A stretch of DNA of 61,794 nt from an uncultured Clostridia bacterium (GTDB lineage: Bacteria; Bacillota; Clostridia; RGIG6154). The translations under genes and the position numbers were made by a program. The notes beneath the pieces were generated by a model that saw nothing but the letters and a program-made list of their open reading frames with translations, searched no databases and was not told the origin of the DNA. Each line of letters starts with the position of its first letter. Positions within the stretch are counted from its first letter, which is position 1. Positions 29,386 to 38,371 of the stretch are shown piece after piece. Location of the stretch: contig CAKSDT010000001.1 of the NCBI GenBank assembly GCA_934446135.1, positions 1 to 61,794 on the forward strand. The letters are read 5' to 3'.

Positions 29386-30825
29386 ATGAGTGCTAAACTT
29401 ATAAAAAAAGAAGGTTATACGGTTGAATTTGAAATGACCGTTGATGCAGAAAAATTTGAAAATGCAATGCAGAAATCTTACATAAAAAATGTTAAGAAAA
29501 TCAATATTCCGGGCTTCAGAAAAGGTAAAGCACCGAGAAAATATATTGAAAAGATTTATTCTGAAGCAATTTTTTATGATGATGCGATAAATTTTGCTTT
29601 CCCGGAAAGTTATGAAGAAGCAGTTAAGGAACTTGAACTTAAACCGGTTGACAGACCTAATGTTGATGTTAAGGAAGTCGGCGAAGGCAAGGGAATGACT
29701 CTTACAGTTAAAGTTGATGTTGAACCTGAGGTTGAAATCGGCTCTTATGAAGGTATTGAAGTTACAGAGAGAAAATATCCTGTTGCTAAGGCAGATGTTG
29801 ATGCTGAAATTGAAAGACTTCGTGACAGAAACGCAAGAATGATTACTGTAGAAGACAGACCGATTCAGAAAGGCGACATCGCAGTTATTGATTTTGAAGG
29901 TTTTACAGACGGAAAAGCATTTAAAGGCGGAAAAGCAGAAAATCATGAACTTGAAATTGGTTCGGGTGCATTTATTCCGGGCTTTGAGGATCAACTTATA
30001 GGTGTTAAGTCCGGCGAGGAAACAGAAGTTAATGTTAAATTCCCGGATGATTACCAGGCTGAAGAATTAAAGGGAAAAGATGCGACATTTAAAGTCAAAG
30101 TAAACCAGATTAAGTATAAGGAACTTCCTGAACTTGATGATGAATTCGCAAAAGATGTAAGTGAATTTGATACATTGAAAGAACTTACCGCAGACATTAA
30201 AAAGAAATTCACGGAACAGAATAAAAAGCGTGCAAAAGCCGAAATGGAAAATGAGATAGTTGAAGTCTTGGTTAAAGATCTTAAAGGCGAGATTCCGCAG
30301 GGAATGTATAACTCGAAGTGTGATTCTTTGATTCGTGACTTCGAAATGCGTCTTTATCAGCAGGGCATGAGCCTTGATATGTATAAAAAATATACCGGTA
30401 TGACTGATGATGCCTTAAAGCAACAGTTTATGCCTCAGGCAGAAAATGCAGTTAAGAGCACTTTAGCACTTGAAAAAGTTGCTGAACTTGAAAAAGTTAA
30501 AGTATCTCAGAAAGAACTTGATAAGAAACTTGAAGAACTTGCAAAGGCATATAATATGGAACTTGAAAAAGTTAAAGAAGTTCTCAAAGATGAAGATCTT
30601 GAAAATATCAAAAACGATATTAAGATTGAAAAGGCAATTGATATAATTCTTTCAAAGGCAGTTATGGTTGAAAAGAAAGAAGAAAAGAAAGAGCCGGCAA
30701 AAAAGACAACCGCTAAGAAAACAACAACCGCAAAAAAGACAGCAACTAAGAAAGAAACAGCAGAAAAACCGGCAGCAAAAAAGACAACTGCTAAAAAAAC
30801 AACCAAGAAGACAGAAGATAAATAA
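29386..30825 (+). CDS. tig: Trigger factor with a Lys/Thr/Ala-rich C-terminal tail
   Basis: The start is taken at MSAKLIKKEGYTVEFEM (M14 of the ORF-track entry). It has an FKBP-type PPIase core (GDIAVIDFEGFTDGKAFKGG), and its position before clpP-clpX is conserved. Confidence 0.9.
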   Translation: MSAKLIKKEGYTVEFEMTVDAEKFENAMQKSYIKNVKKINIPGFRKGKAPRKYIEKIYSEAIFYDDAINFAFPESYEEAVKELELKPVDRPNVDVKEVGEGKGMTLTVKVDVEPEVEIGSYEGIEVTERKYPVAKADVDAEIERLRDRNARMITVEDRPIQKGDIAVIDFEGFTDGKAFKGGKAENHELEIGSGAFIPGFEDQLIGVKSGEETEVNVKFPDDYQAEELKGKDATFKVKVNQIKYKELPELDDEFAKDVSEFDTLKELTADIKKKFTEQNKKRAKAEMENEIVEVLVKDLKGEIPQGMYNSKCDSLIRDFEMRLYQQGMSLDMYKKYTGMTDDALKQQFMPQAENAVKSTLALEKVAELEKVKVSQKELDKKLEELAKAYNMELEKVKEVLKDEDLENIKNDIKIEKAIDIILSKAVMVEKKEEKKEPAKKTTAKKTTTAKKTATKKETAEKPAAKKTTAKKTTKKTEDK

Positions 30826-30918
30826 CTATTAAATCAAGCGGCGGAAGCAAATGGGAATTTGCTTCCGCTGTCAAACCAATTACACATAAATTGTCGAAAT
30901 AAGTAGGGAGGAATCGAA

Positions 30919-31500
30919 ATGAGTTTAGTACCAATGGTAGTAGAACAGACAAGCAGAGGAGAAAGATCTTATGATATATTTTCAAGACTGCTGAATGACA
31001 GAATAGTATTTTTGGGTGAAGAAGTAAACGATGCGACTGCAAGTTTGGTAGTTGCACAACTTCTGTTTTTGGAAGCACAAGACCCGGATAAAGATATAAG
31101 TCTTTATATCAACAGCCCCGGAGGTTCTATAACTTCGGGAATGGCAATATATGATACAATGCAGTATATTAAATGTGATGTTTCAACAATTTGCGTTGGT
31201 ATGGCGGCGTCTATGGGGGCATTTTTGCTTGCAGCAGGTGCAAAGGGAAAAAGATTCGCACTTCCGAACAGTGAAATTATGATACATCAGCCTTTAGGCG
31301 GTATGCAAGGTCAGGCAACCGATATTAAAATTCATGCTGACAGAATTATCAAAATTAAGGAAAATCTTAATAAAATCTTAAGCGAGAGATGTAATAAACC
31401 TCTTGAAGTTATAGAAAGAGATACTGAGAGAGATAACTTTATGTCTGCTGAAGAAGCAAAGGAATACGGACTTATTGACAAGGTTATAACTAACAGATAG
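30919..31500 (+). CDS. clpP: ATP-dependent Clp protease proteolytic subunit
   Basis: 193-aa ORF with [11 protein letters not shown], the Ser block [11 protein letters not shown] and IMIHQP. Confidence 0.95.
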   Translation: MSLVPMVVEQTSRGERSYDIFSRLLNDRIVFLGEEVNDATASLVVAQLLFLEAQDPDKDISLYINSPGGSITSGMAIYDTMQYIKCDVSTICVGMAASMGAFLLAAGAKGKRFALPNSEIMIHQPLGGMQGQATDIKIHADRIIKIKENLNKILSERCNKPLEVIERDTERDNFMSAEEAKEYGLIDKVITNR

Positions 31501-31510
31501 GAGTAGTTTA

Positions 31511-32764
31511 ATGGCTAAAGACGATAGAAATCAGGTTAAATGTTCTTTCTGCGGCAAGACACAGGAACAGGTAGAAAGAATAATTGCAGGTCCCAACGGT
31601 GTTTTTATATGCAATGAATGTATAGAAGCCTGTGCTGATATAATCTATGATGATGATGACAATACGGCTGATTATAACATTTCTTTGGAAGATGTTCCAA
31701 AGCCTAAGGAAATAAATAAAGTTCTTTCGGATTATGTGATCGGTCAGGATAGGGCAAGAAAAGCACTTTCCGTTGCAGTTTATAATCATTATAAAAGGAT
31801 TAATTCAAAGGAAATCGCCGATGATGTTGAAATTCAAAAGAGCAATGTTATGCTTCTAGGACCTACAGGCTCGGGAAAAACACTTTTGGCATCAACTTTG
31901 GCAAAAATTTTGGATGTTCCATTTGCTATTGCCGATGCAACAAGCCTTACCGAGGCAGGCTATGTAGGGGAAGATGTTGAGAATATTCTTTTAAAACTTA
32001 TACAGGCGGCGGATTATGACATCAAAAAGGCGGAAAAAGGCATTATATATGTTGATGAAATAGATAAAATTTCAAGAAAATCAGAAAACCCGTCTATTAC
32101 AAGAGATGTAAGCGGAGAGGGTGTTCAGCAGGCACTTCTTAAAATTCTCGAAGGAACTGTTGCGTCTGTTCCGCCGCAGGGCGGAAGAAAGCATCCCCAT
32201 CAGGAATGCCTCAGAATTGACACATCAAATATTTTGTTTATATGCGGCGGTGCATTCGACGGACTTGAGAAGATAATAGAAAAAAGAGTCGGAAATAAAG
32301 TTATGGGATTTGGTGCAGATATTAAGTCTGCAGACGATGTCCGGAAGAATGCAGCACTTAAGGATGTTCAGCCTGAAGATTTGCTGAAGTTCGGACTTAT
32401 TCCGGAATTTATAGGAAGACTTCCTGTTATTGTTTCTCTTGATATGCTTACAGAAAATGATTTGGTCAGAATTCTGACCGAACCTAAAAACGCTGTAGTG
32501 AAACAGTATAAAAAGTTGTTTTCATATGATGACTGTGAACTTGAGTTTGAAGATGATGCTTTAAAGGAAATAGCAAAAATGGCAATATCAAGAAAAACAG
32601 GTGCGAGAGGTCTTCGTGCTTTGGTGGAAGAATGCTTGGGCGAAGTTATGTATGAACTTCCGTCACTTGAAAATGTTTCAAAGTGTATAGTTACAAAAGA
32701 AACTGTATTGGGAAATAAACAACCTGTTTTAATTGAAAGTGTGGGACAAAAAGCAGGAGCATAA
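31511..32764 (+). CDS. clpX: ATP-dependent Clp protease ATP-binding subunit ClpX
   Basis: 417-aa ORF with an N-terminal zinc finger (CSFCGK...CNEC), Walker A GPTGSGKT and Walker [10 protein letters not shown]. Confidence 0.95.
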   Translation: MAKDDRNQVKCSFCGKTQEQVERIIAGPNGVFICNECIEACADIIYDDDDNTADYNISLEDVPKPKEINKVLSDYVIGQDRARKALSVAVYNHYKRINSKEIADDVEIQKSNVMLLGPTGSGKTLLASTLAKILDVPFAIADATSLTEAGYVGEDVENILLKLIQAADYDIKKAEKGIIYVDEIDKISRKSENPSITRDVSGEGVQQALLKILEGTVASVPPQGGRKHPHQECLRIDTSNILFICGGAFDGLEKIIEKRVGNKVMGFGADIKSADDVRKNAALKDVQPEDLLKFGLIPEFIGRLPVIVSLDMLTENDLVRILTEPKNAVVKQYKKLFSYDDCELEFEDDALKEIAKMAISRKTGARGLRALVEECLGEVMYELPSLENVSKCIVTKETVLGNKQPVLIESVGQKAGA

Positions 32765-32772
32765 ATTAGAAC

Positions 32773-32803
32773 AAAACGCCGTAATGTATTGCGGCGTTTT
32801 GTT
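32773..32803 (+). terminator. Intrinsic terminator after clpX
   Basis: Stem AAAACGCCG / CGGCGTTTT followed by T residues. Confidence 0.7.
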
Positions 32804-32816
32804 GGAAGGAATTGTT

Positions 32817-33437
32817 ATGGAGTATATAAAATTAAATGTCGGTGACATGGATGAAAATTGTTATATTGCCTATGAAAATGGGGTTGGATTTGCAGTAGAC
32901 CCCGGTGCTGACGCTCTGAGGATAAAAAACGAGGCTGAAAGACGCGGAATATTGATTTCGGCAATTTTTCTTACTCATGGGCATTTTGACCATGTAGGGG
33001 CGGTTAAAGAACTGAAGGAGCATTAGAGTGCAAAGGTTTATATGTCGCTTGCAGATAATTATATGACAGAAAATCCCGAAATGAATTTGAATTTTGGGGC
33101 ATACAGCCGTTTTGACGGATTTAAGGGAGATGTTTTTCCTGATGACGGACAGGAAATATATGTAGGCACAATGAAATTTAAAGTATTCAAAACTCCGGGA
33201 CATACACAAGGCGGACTTTCATACCTCTGCGGGAAATATATGTTTTCGGGAGATACCCTTTTTAAAGGAACAGTTGGAAGAACCGATTTCCCGGGAGGAG
33301 ATTTTGAACAACTTATGCTTTCCCTTAAAAGGGTTTATTTTACGCTCCCTGATGACACTATAATACTTCCGGGACATAATGAAATAACCGATATTGCAAC
33401 AGAAAAAAAGGAAAATCCATATTTTTTGCAACTTTGA
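32817..33437 (+). pseudogene. MBL-fold metallo-hydrolase interrupted by a single in-frame TAG
   Basis: ORFs 32733..33026 and 33042..33437 are in the same frame. The reading is ...THGHFDHVGAVKELKEH-TAG(33024-33026)-SAKVYMSLADNYM...TPGHTQGG...GRTDFPGG, a contiguous MBL hydrolase. The likely start is MEYIKLNVG at 32817. Confidence 0.7.
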
Positions 33438-33458
33438 TAGAAAAATTTTAAAAAAGTA

Positions 33459-33487
33459 TTGACAATATGAAGATATAGTGTTAAAAT
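33459..33487 (+). promoter_or_regulatory. Promoter of the tRNA cluster
   Basis: TTGACA (33459-33464), 17-nt spacer, TAAAAT (33482-33487), about 20 nt before tRNA-Gly. Confidence 0.55.
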
Positions 33488-33507
33488 ATACAAGTCGTAA
33501 GAAACTT

Positions 33508-33581
33508 GCGGGTGTAGTTCAATGGTAGAACCCCAGCCTTCCAAGCTGGTCGTGTGAGTTCGATTCTCATCACCCGCTCCA
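33508..33581 (+). tRNA. tRNA-Gly (anticodon UCC)
   Basis: Hand-folded cloverleaf: acceptor GCGGGTG/CACCCGC, anticodon stem CCAGC/GCTGG with loop CTTCCAA, T-loop GTGAG-TTCGATT-CTCAT, and an encoded CCA. Confidence 0.9.
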
Positions 33582-33590
33582 GAAAAGTTT

Positions 33591-33667
<77 letters not shown>

Positions 33668-33704
33668 CTTTTTTTATTAGGAGAAATTTTTTAATTTAAT
33701 ATAT

Positions 33705-33781
33705 GGCGGCTTTAGCTCAGTTGGTAGAGCACCAGATTGTGGCTCTGGGTGTCAAGGGTTCGATTCCCTTAAGTCGCCCCA
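33705..33781 (+). tRNA. tRNA-His (anticodon GUG)
   Basis: It has the extra 5' G(-1) typical of tRNA-His. Anticodon stem CCAGA/TCTGG with loop TTGTGGC, T-arm AAGGG-TTCGATT-CCCTT, and an encoded CCA. Confidence 0.9.
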
Positions 33782-33788
33782 AATAGGG

Positions 33789-33840
33789 AAACCGCATAAA
33801 TACTAGGAAAGCCTGTATTTATGCGGTTTATTTTTGTTTT
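33789..33840 (+). terminator. Intrinsic terminator after the tRNA cluster
   Basis: 14-bp stem AAACCGCATAAATA / TATTTATGCGGTTT followed by ATTTTTGTTTTT. Confidence 0.65.
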
Positions 33841-34000
33841 TGGGTGTGTTTTTAGTTGTTTGGAAATGTCCTTAAATGCTTTGAAAGTGTTGTCAAAATG
33901 TTGTCAAATTTTTGCAGAGGTTAAAGTTATTTATTTTGAGTTTAGGATTATTTATTTTGCCGGTGAGGTGGAGTTAATTATATTGCCGGAGGGGTTAGAG

Positions 34001-35035
34001 TTAATTATTTTCTTCAAGTTTTGAGTTTATTTTATCCAAAGTTGAAGAGAGTCTTGAGTGTCTTATATGGGTATAGATATTTCTTGTGGTTGATATATCT
34101 GCGTGGCCCATTATTTCCTGGGTATCTTTTTCGTCTATATTCCATTCAAAGAGAAGGGTTGTGAAAGTATGACGGAGTTGATGAGGGGTTATATTTATGC
34201 CGATTGTTTTTACATAATTATTCCAATGTGTTTGAAAGTATGATTTTACCATATAATTTCCGTTTTGGGAAAAGATTATGCCCTTTAGGTTATGTTTTAA
34301 GAGTTGGGATTTAAGTTTATTTACGAGAGGGACTTGGCGTTTTCCTGCCTGTGTTTTTGGTTCTTTAAGGCAAGGGGTGTTACTATGATGTTCTATTGAT
34401 TTAGTCACATAGATTATATTATTTTCAAAATCTATATCCTTATCGGTGAGGGCGAGTGCTTCGCCTCTTCTCAAGCCGGAATAAAGGAGGAGGAAAGCGA
34501 GAAGTCCGAAGTCTTTATCTACATTTTGATCAACGATTTTGATTTGCTCATCTGAGAGAGCGGAGCGGTTTATTTTTGGCTGTCCTTTAGGCGGGGAGAT
34601 ATAGAGTGCGGGATTTTCCGATATATATCTTTTTATCACGGCGTATTTAAAAATCATTTTAATTACGGAGGATTGATCCTTTATACTTTTAGTGCTGAAT
34701 TTTTGAGATACCATATCATTTAGGATTTGGGATATATCCTGAGGGGTTACCGACTTTATATATATATTTCCGAGTGACGAAGTTGCTCTTTTTACAAGTG
34801 ATTTATAGCGGTAAGATGTTTGATACATAATATTTTTATAATGCTGTTCCTCCCACTCATCGGCAACTTGTTTGAAAGTCGGGCCTTTTTCGATTTTTCC
34901 CTGATAATCAAGCATTTGTTTTTCTATATCCTTAAGGGCCTTCTTTTCGGTTGGTTCTGCGGAATAAAAAAAGACTCTGTTTCCGTTTATTGTTTTGGAT
35001 TTACAGAATCTTCCGTCTTTTCTTTTTGTGAGCAT
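34001..35035 (-). CDS. int: Tyrosine-type site-specific integrase
   Basis: 344-aa ORF with catalytic-domain motifs LLYSGLRRGEALAL, HQLRHTFTTLL and GHADISTTRNIYTH. Confidence 0.9.
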   Translation of the reverse strand: MLTKRKDGRFCKSKTINGNRVFFYSAEPTEKKALKDIEKQMLDYQGKIEKGPTFKQVADEWEEQHYKNIMYQTSYRYKSLVKRATSSLGNIYIKSVTPQDISQILNDMVSQKFSTKSIKDQSSVIKMIFKYAVIKRYISENPALYISPPKGQPKINRSALSDEQIKIVDQNVDKDFGLLAFLLLYSGLRRGEALALTDKDIDFENNIIYVTKSIEHHSNTPCLKEPKTQAGKRQVPLVNKLKSQLLKHNLKGIIFSQNGNYMVKSYFQTHWNNYVKTIGINITPHQLRHTFTTLLFEWNIDEKDTQEIMGHADISTTRNIYTHIRHSRLSSTLDKINSKLEENN

Positions 35036-35070
35036 AAAAAAATCACCTCTGTTTTTCGGTTAATGTTGTT

Positions 35071-36594
35071 TTATGAATTTGAGTGCCATGTGAATGCCCT
35101 TCTGAATCCGTTTTCTTCTGCTTCTTTTGTTGTTGATGCGTAGAATTCACCTTCCGGGTAGTTTATTTGTATATTATCATACTGTTGGTCAAACGGAAGA
35201 TGATATATTTTTTCGCCGGTTTTCCGTGAAATATTACATTTAACACAAGGATAATTTTTATCAAATTCGAAATTGTCCTTAATGATTATATTTAACTTTT
35301 CTGCGTATCTTTTTGCTGTGTCTGACAGTGAGCAAGTTGTTATCAAAACCCCTTTTATGTTAGGAGGAACTGCAAATTGAATTTGGTCTTTATTTTTATC
35401 TGCACAATATGCAATCATAGTTCCGAACAGTTGAAAAATATGTTTTTCATGAATTGTTTTGTGCTGACTCCAATATTTGCATTGAATTATTAATGTTTCG
35501 GTTTCGTTTTTGGCAATAATATCTCTTCCCAGATCGTCAAGTCCTTTTGTTGCACCGAAAAAAGTCACCTTATAGTTTTTACTTTCATATAAATACCCTA
35601 CATATCTTTCGAAGGATATTCCTATTTCCCAATTTGACTTTTTGCGTTTCTTGTACCTATCAAGTGCTAATTGGAACTTTTCAGTATCAGAAAGTTTTTT
35701 GTATTCTATGGGAGATACATACATCTTTATGTTTTCATATTCTTCATCTTCAGACTTAATATTAAATACTTCTTTTATTTCTTCTATTTCTGAACTTGTA
35801 GGGGTTTTGAAATCTGAGAGCCACGGAACGGCATACTCATATGCTTCTAATTGATATTGCAACAAGCGATATTCCTTTTCAATTGTTCTCAAATTTTGCC
35901 GCAACATTTTCATTGTTTCTGCTGCTTTGAGTGCAGGCAACTTTTTATTTTTAAAATATTCTTCATACTTTTGATTCAGATAATCTCTATAGTCGGAAAA
36001 AAGTTTTGAAAAATAAGGCAAGGCATTTTCTTCATTTGAAACAATTTTATTAATATCTTTGATTGTTTTTTCCTTGAAATCTTTTGCTTTTTTTTGGATT
36101 GACAGAGCCTCTTTTTTTGCCTTCTCAACAAATTCGGGACATTCGAGATAGTCATAGTTATCAAAATAAACAGAATATAAATCGCCTTTTTTGTCCTTTA
36201 AAATTGTTTCTTTATACGGCTCTAAAACATTATTGACAGGTTTGCCTTCTTCATTTATGCCAAAGCACAGATGTCCGCCATTGTTAAAATAGACGGATTG
36301 AAGTCTGTAAACTGTATCGTATTTATCCCTTGATTCGTAATTGCTAAAGGCTTTATAACTGGTAACTTCTATGCAGGCACGCAATGAATATTCTGCATTT
36401 GAACTCATTCTTCTTAATTTTATAAGATACGAATTTGAATAAGATGCCGGAGCATAGTGACCGTCTTTTATAAGGGCTTTTATCATTTTTTTCTTTTTTC
36501 TGTTTAGAATGAGTTTTAAACGCAGTGATTTAATTGCCTCATATATCATATACAAGAACATAACAACAACATAGAATATAACAATATCACCCAT
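35071..36594 (-). CDS. Membrane-anchored protein with a C-terminal Mrr-like (PD-(D/E)xK) restriction endonuclease domain; candidate prophage defence/exclusion factor
   Basis: 507-aa ORF with an N-terminal TM helix (IVIFYVVVMFLYMIYEAI) and a K/E-rich ~300-aa region without motifs I recognise. This is followed by FERYVGYLYE...GLDDLGRDIIA...LIIQCKYW (Mrr_cat-like) and a CVKC...KIYHLPFDQQY...EAEENGFR tail. Confidence 0.6.
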   Translation of the reverse strand: MGDIVIFYVVVMFLYMIYEAIKSLRLKLILNRKKKKMIKALIKDGHYAPASYSNSYLIKLRRMSSNAEYSLRACIEVTSYKAFSNYESRDKYDTVYRLQSVYFNNGGHLCFGINEEGKPVNNVLEPYKETILKDKKGDLYSVYFDNYDYLECPEFVEKAKKEALSIQKKAKDFKEKTIKDINKIVSNEENALPYFSKLFSDYRDYLNQKYEEYFKNKKLPALKAAETMKMLRQNLRTIEKEYRLLQYQLEAYEYAVPWLSDFKTPTSSEIEEIKEVFNIKSEDEEYENIKMYVSPIEYKKLSDTEKFQLALDRYKKRKKSNWEIGISFERYVGYLYESKNYKVTFFGATKGLDDLGRDIIAKNETETLIIQCKYWSQHKTIHEKHIFQLFGTMIAYCADKNKDQIQFAVPPNIKGVLITTCSLSDTAKRYAEKLNIIIKDNFEFDKNYPCVKCNISRKTGEKIYHLPFDQQYDNIQINYPEGEFYASTTKEAEENGFRRAFTWHSNS

Positions 36595-36734
36595 ATGTAT
36601 TTCCTATTTTTACCTTTCTCTTTCAAAATTAGTGTTAAGAGCCTCATCTATTTTAGTTTGCTGACATTCCTCTTTTGTATCTTAGAAATTAAGGAAATGA
36701 TTACAAAACCCGATGATGTTACTGTTTCCACGGA

Positions 36735-37112
36735 TTATGTGTTTTTACATTTTAACTCAGCGGCATAGATTAAGAGTTTTGCACGGTCTATGACGCTGAG
36801 GCTTTCGAATATGCTTAAAAGTTCTACTTCCTGTTCGGTTAATTTTTTTTCATTACCGTTTATATTTGTGTGGCAGATTATGCCGTTATTATTTTGGACG
36901 GAACTTATATTTACAGAATTATCGTCTGTTAAATAGGTTGGTGATACTCCGAAATAATCGGCTATTTTTTTTACGGTGGAAAATTGAGGTGTACTCCTTT
37001 TATCAGCCCAATCCTTAGGTGTTGACCTTGATATTCCCACATCATCTGCCATTTTTGACCTTGATATTCCGTTTTGACGACATAAATAAATCACTTTTTC
37101 ATAAAAGTCCAT
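36735..37112 (-). CDS. XRE-family HTH transcriptional regulator
   Basis: 125-aa ORF with the HTH GISRSKMADDVGISRSTPKDWADKRSTPQFSTVKKIADYFGVSPTYL. Confidence 0.8.
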   Translation of the reverse strand: MDFYEKVIYLCRQNGISRSKMADDVGISRSTPKDWADKRSTPQFSTVKKIADYFGVSPTYLTDDNSVNISSVQNNNGIICHTNINGNEKKLTEQEVELLSIFESLSVIDRAKLLIYAAELKCKNT

Positions 37113-37457
37113 TATTCTTTACTCCTTTGTATTGTTTTGGATTATTTTTAACAAAACTATTGACAGTGAGAATAAAAGTGTGCTAATATGGACTAAACAA
37201 AACAAGACATTATTTTGTTTTTATTTTCAAAATGTCACATAATTTTGCTTACAAAAGCATTATAGCATTAAACCAAACAAAAAGCAATAATAAAACCAAA
37301 AAAATAACAAAAAATGAGTAATTTTTTTGGTAAATTATAACAATAGCATAAATTAGGGGGAGAAGTTTGCAGAAACAATAAGGAAAATGAGCGAAGAAAA
37401 ACTATTACAGCAGAGGAATTAAAAATAATTTTGGGACAAAAAAAGCGGTATAAACCG

Positions 37458-37814
37458 CTAAAAATCGTTATTGAGGACTTCATCGACTGACTTTTCCAGG
37501 AACTGCATAAGATCAGACCTCATATTTTTGGGGAGTGCAAGGTAGTTATCAAGAATTTTCTTTTCAAGGGCAGACATATTAAATTCACCTGCGAGGCAGT
37601 CGATTGTTTTCGGTTCGTCAGTATTTCGTCCCAAAAGGTAGTCTGTTGTCACATTATAAAAATCAGCAAGTTTAGAAAGCATTTCGGTACTTACATCTCT
37701 TGTTCCGTTTTCATATTTCTGATATGCTGAAAGGCTGATGTTTAACGACTCTGCAACTTCTTTCATAGTTAAACGGCGACTTTTTCTGATAGAGGCCAAT
37801 TGTGCTGCAACCAT
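37458..37814 (-). CDS. XRE-family repressor (CI-like), divergent from the early promoter
   Basis: The start is taken at MVAAQLASIRKSRRLTMKEVAESLNISLSAYQKYENG (M37 of the ORF-track entry), preceded by AAAGGAGGGG. A terminator AGCGGT-ATAA-ACCGCT + T-run lies downstream at ~37443-37460. Confidence 0.8.
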   Translation of the reverse strand: MVAAQLASIRKSRRLTMKEVAESLNISLSAYQKYENGTRDVSTEMLSKLADFYNVTTDYLLGRNTDEPKTIDCLAGEFNMSALEKKILDNYLALPKNMRSDLMQFLEKSVDEVLNNDF

Positions 37815-37835
37815 AGTACCCCTCCTTTCGTTAAA

Positions 37836-37864
37836 ATTATATTCCAAAACGGATAATTTGTCAA
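37836..37864 (-). promoter_or_regulatory. Consensus promoter for the CI-like repressor
   Basis: The minus strand reads TTGACA (37859-37864), 17-nt spacer containing TTATCC, then TATAAT (37836-37841). Confidence 0.6.
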
Positions 37865-37915
37865 GATATTTAAAAAAATATTCAAAAATAATTATCCAAA
37901 AAGTAAAAAATATTA

Positions 37916-37944
37916 TTGACAAATATCCAATTCGGATATATAAT
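37916..37944 (+). promoter_or_regulatory. Consensus early (lytic) promoter
   Basis: TTGACA (37916-37921), 17-nt spacer, TATAAT (37939-37944). The spacer is itself the palindrome TATCCAATTCGGATA. Confidence 0.65.
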
Positions 37945-37972
37945 CAACATGTGGTTTATCCGATGTGGATAA
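37924..37972. promoter_or_regulatory. Palindromic operator sites (TTATCC-N5-GGATAA type)
   Basis: TATCCAATTCGGATA (37924-37938) and TTATCCGATGTGGATAA (37956-37972). Additional half-sites are GGATAA at 37851 and TTATCC at 37893. Confidence 0.5.
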
Positions 37973-38232
37973 TATGAGAAAGGAAATAAAAAACTATGAG
38001 TAAATGAAAATAAAGACAACCGCAAGGTAACCAATTGGAAAATTATCCTGCGACTGTCACAGTAAACCTTGGGAGTTTACATCTTTTAAAAGGATACTAC
38101 AATTCATACTCATTGTCAATACAAAAAAGTAGAAAGGAAGAATTTTTATGAAAACATTTAAGATTGTATGGCAGAAGTAGAAATTTTGTTTCGTATTGGC
38201 TTGATTATTTTAATAGTTGGGAGGAAGGAATA

Positions 38233-38358
38233 ATGAGAGCAGAAGAAGAGGACAAATTTATAAGTCTTATCAAAAAGTTACCGGGGAAAAAACAGAAAGA
38301 GTTTTATTATATGGTAATGGGAGCATTGCTTGTTGCTGAGAAGGAAAAAGAGAATTAG
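38233..38358 (+). CDS. Small hypothetical protein (41 aa)
   Basis: ATG at 38233 preceded by GGGAGGAAGGA; it is the first ORF after the early promoter. Confidence 0.35.
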   Translation: MRAEEEDKFISLIKKLPGKKQKEFYYMVMGALLVAEKEKEN

Positions 38359-38371
38359 GGAGGTAATGGGA

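Noticed and set aside
29359-29994. 211-aa minus-strand ORF antisense to tig, together with similar antisense ORFs in rplJ/rplL (19347..19736, 19944..20303) and rplK (18095..18400).
   Set aside because: They lie fully inside highly conserved, confidently identified genes on the other strand. Their composition is low-complexity, typical of antisense frames of AT-rich or Ala-rich genes.
30869-30918. CtsR operator upstream of clpP.
   Set aside because: GTCAAA and GTCGAAA words are present but are 17 nt apart. This does not match the tandem heptad (A/G)GTCAAA-NAN-(A/G)GTCAAA arrangement.
33024-33026. In-frame TAG as a pyrrolysine or other programmed recoding site.
   Set aside because: There are no pyl genes, no suppressor tRNA and no recoding structure in the window. 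The three tRNAs present are ordinary Gly/Arg/His. A nonsense mutation or sequence error is the simpler reading, so it is kept only as a low-interest finding.
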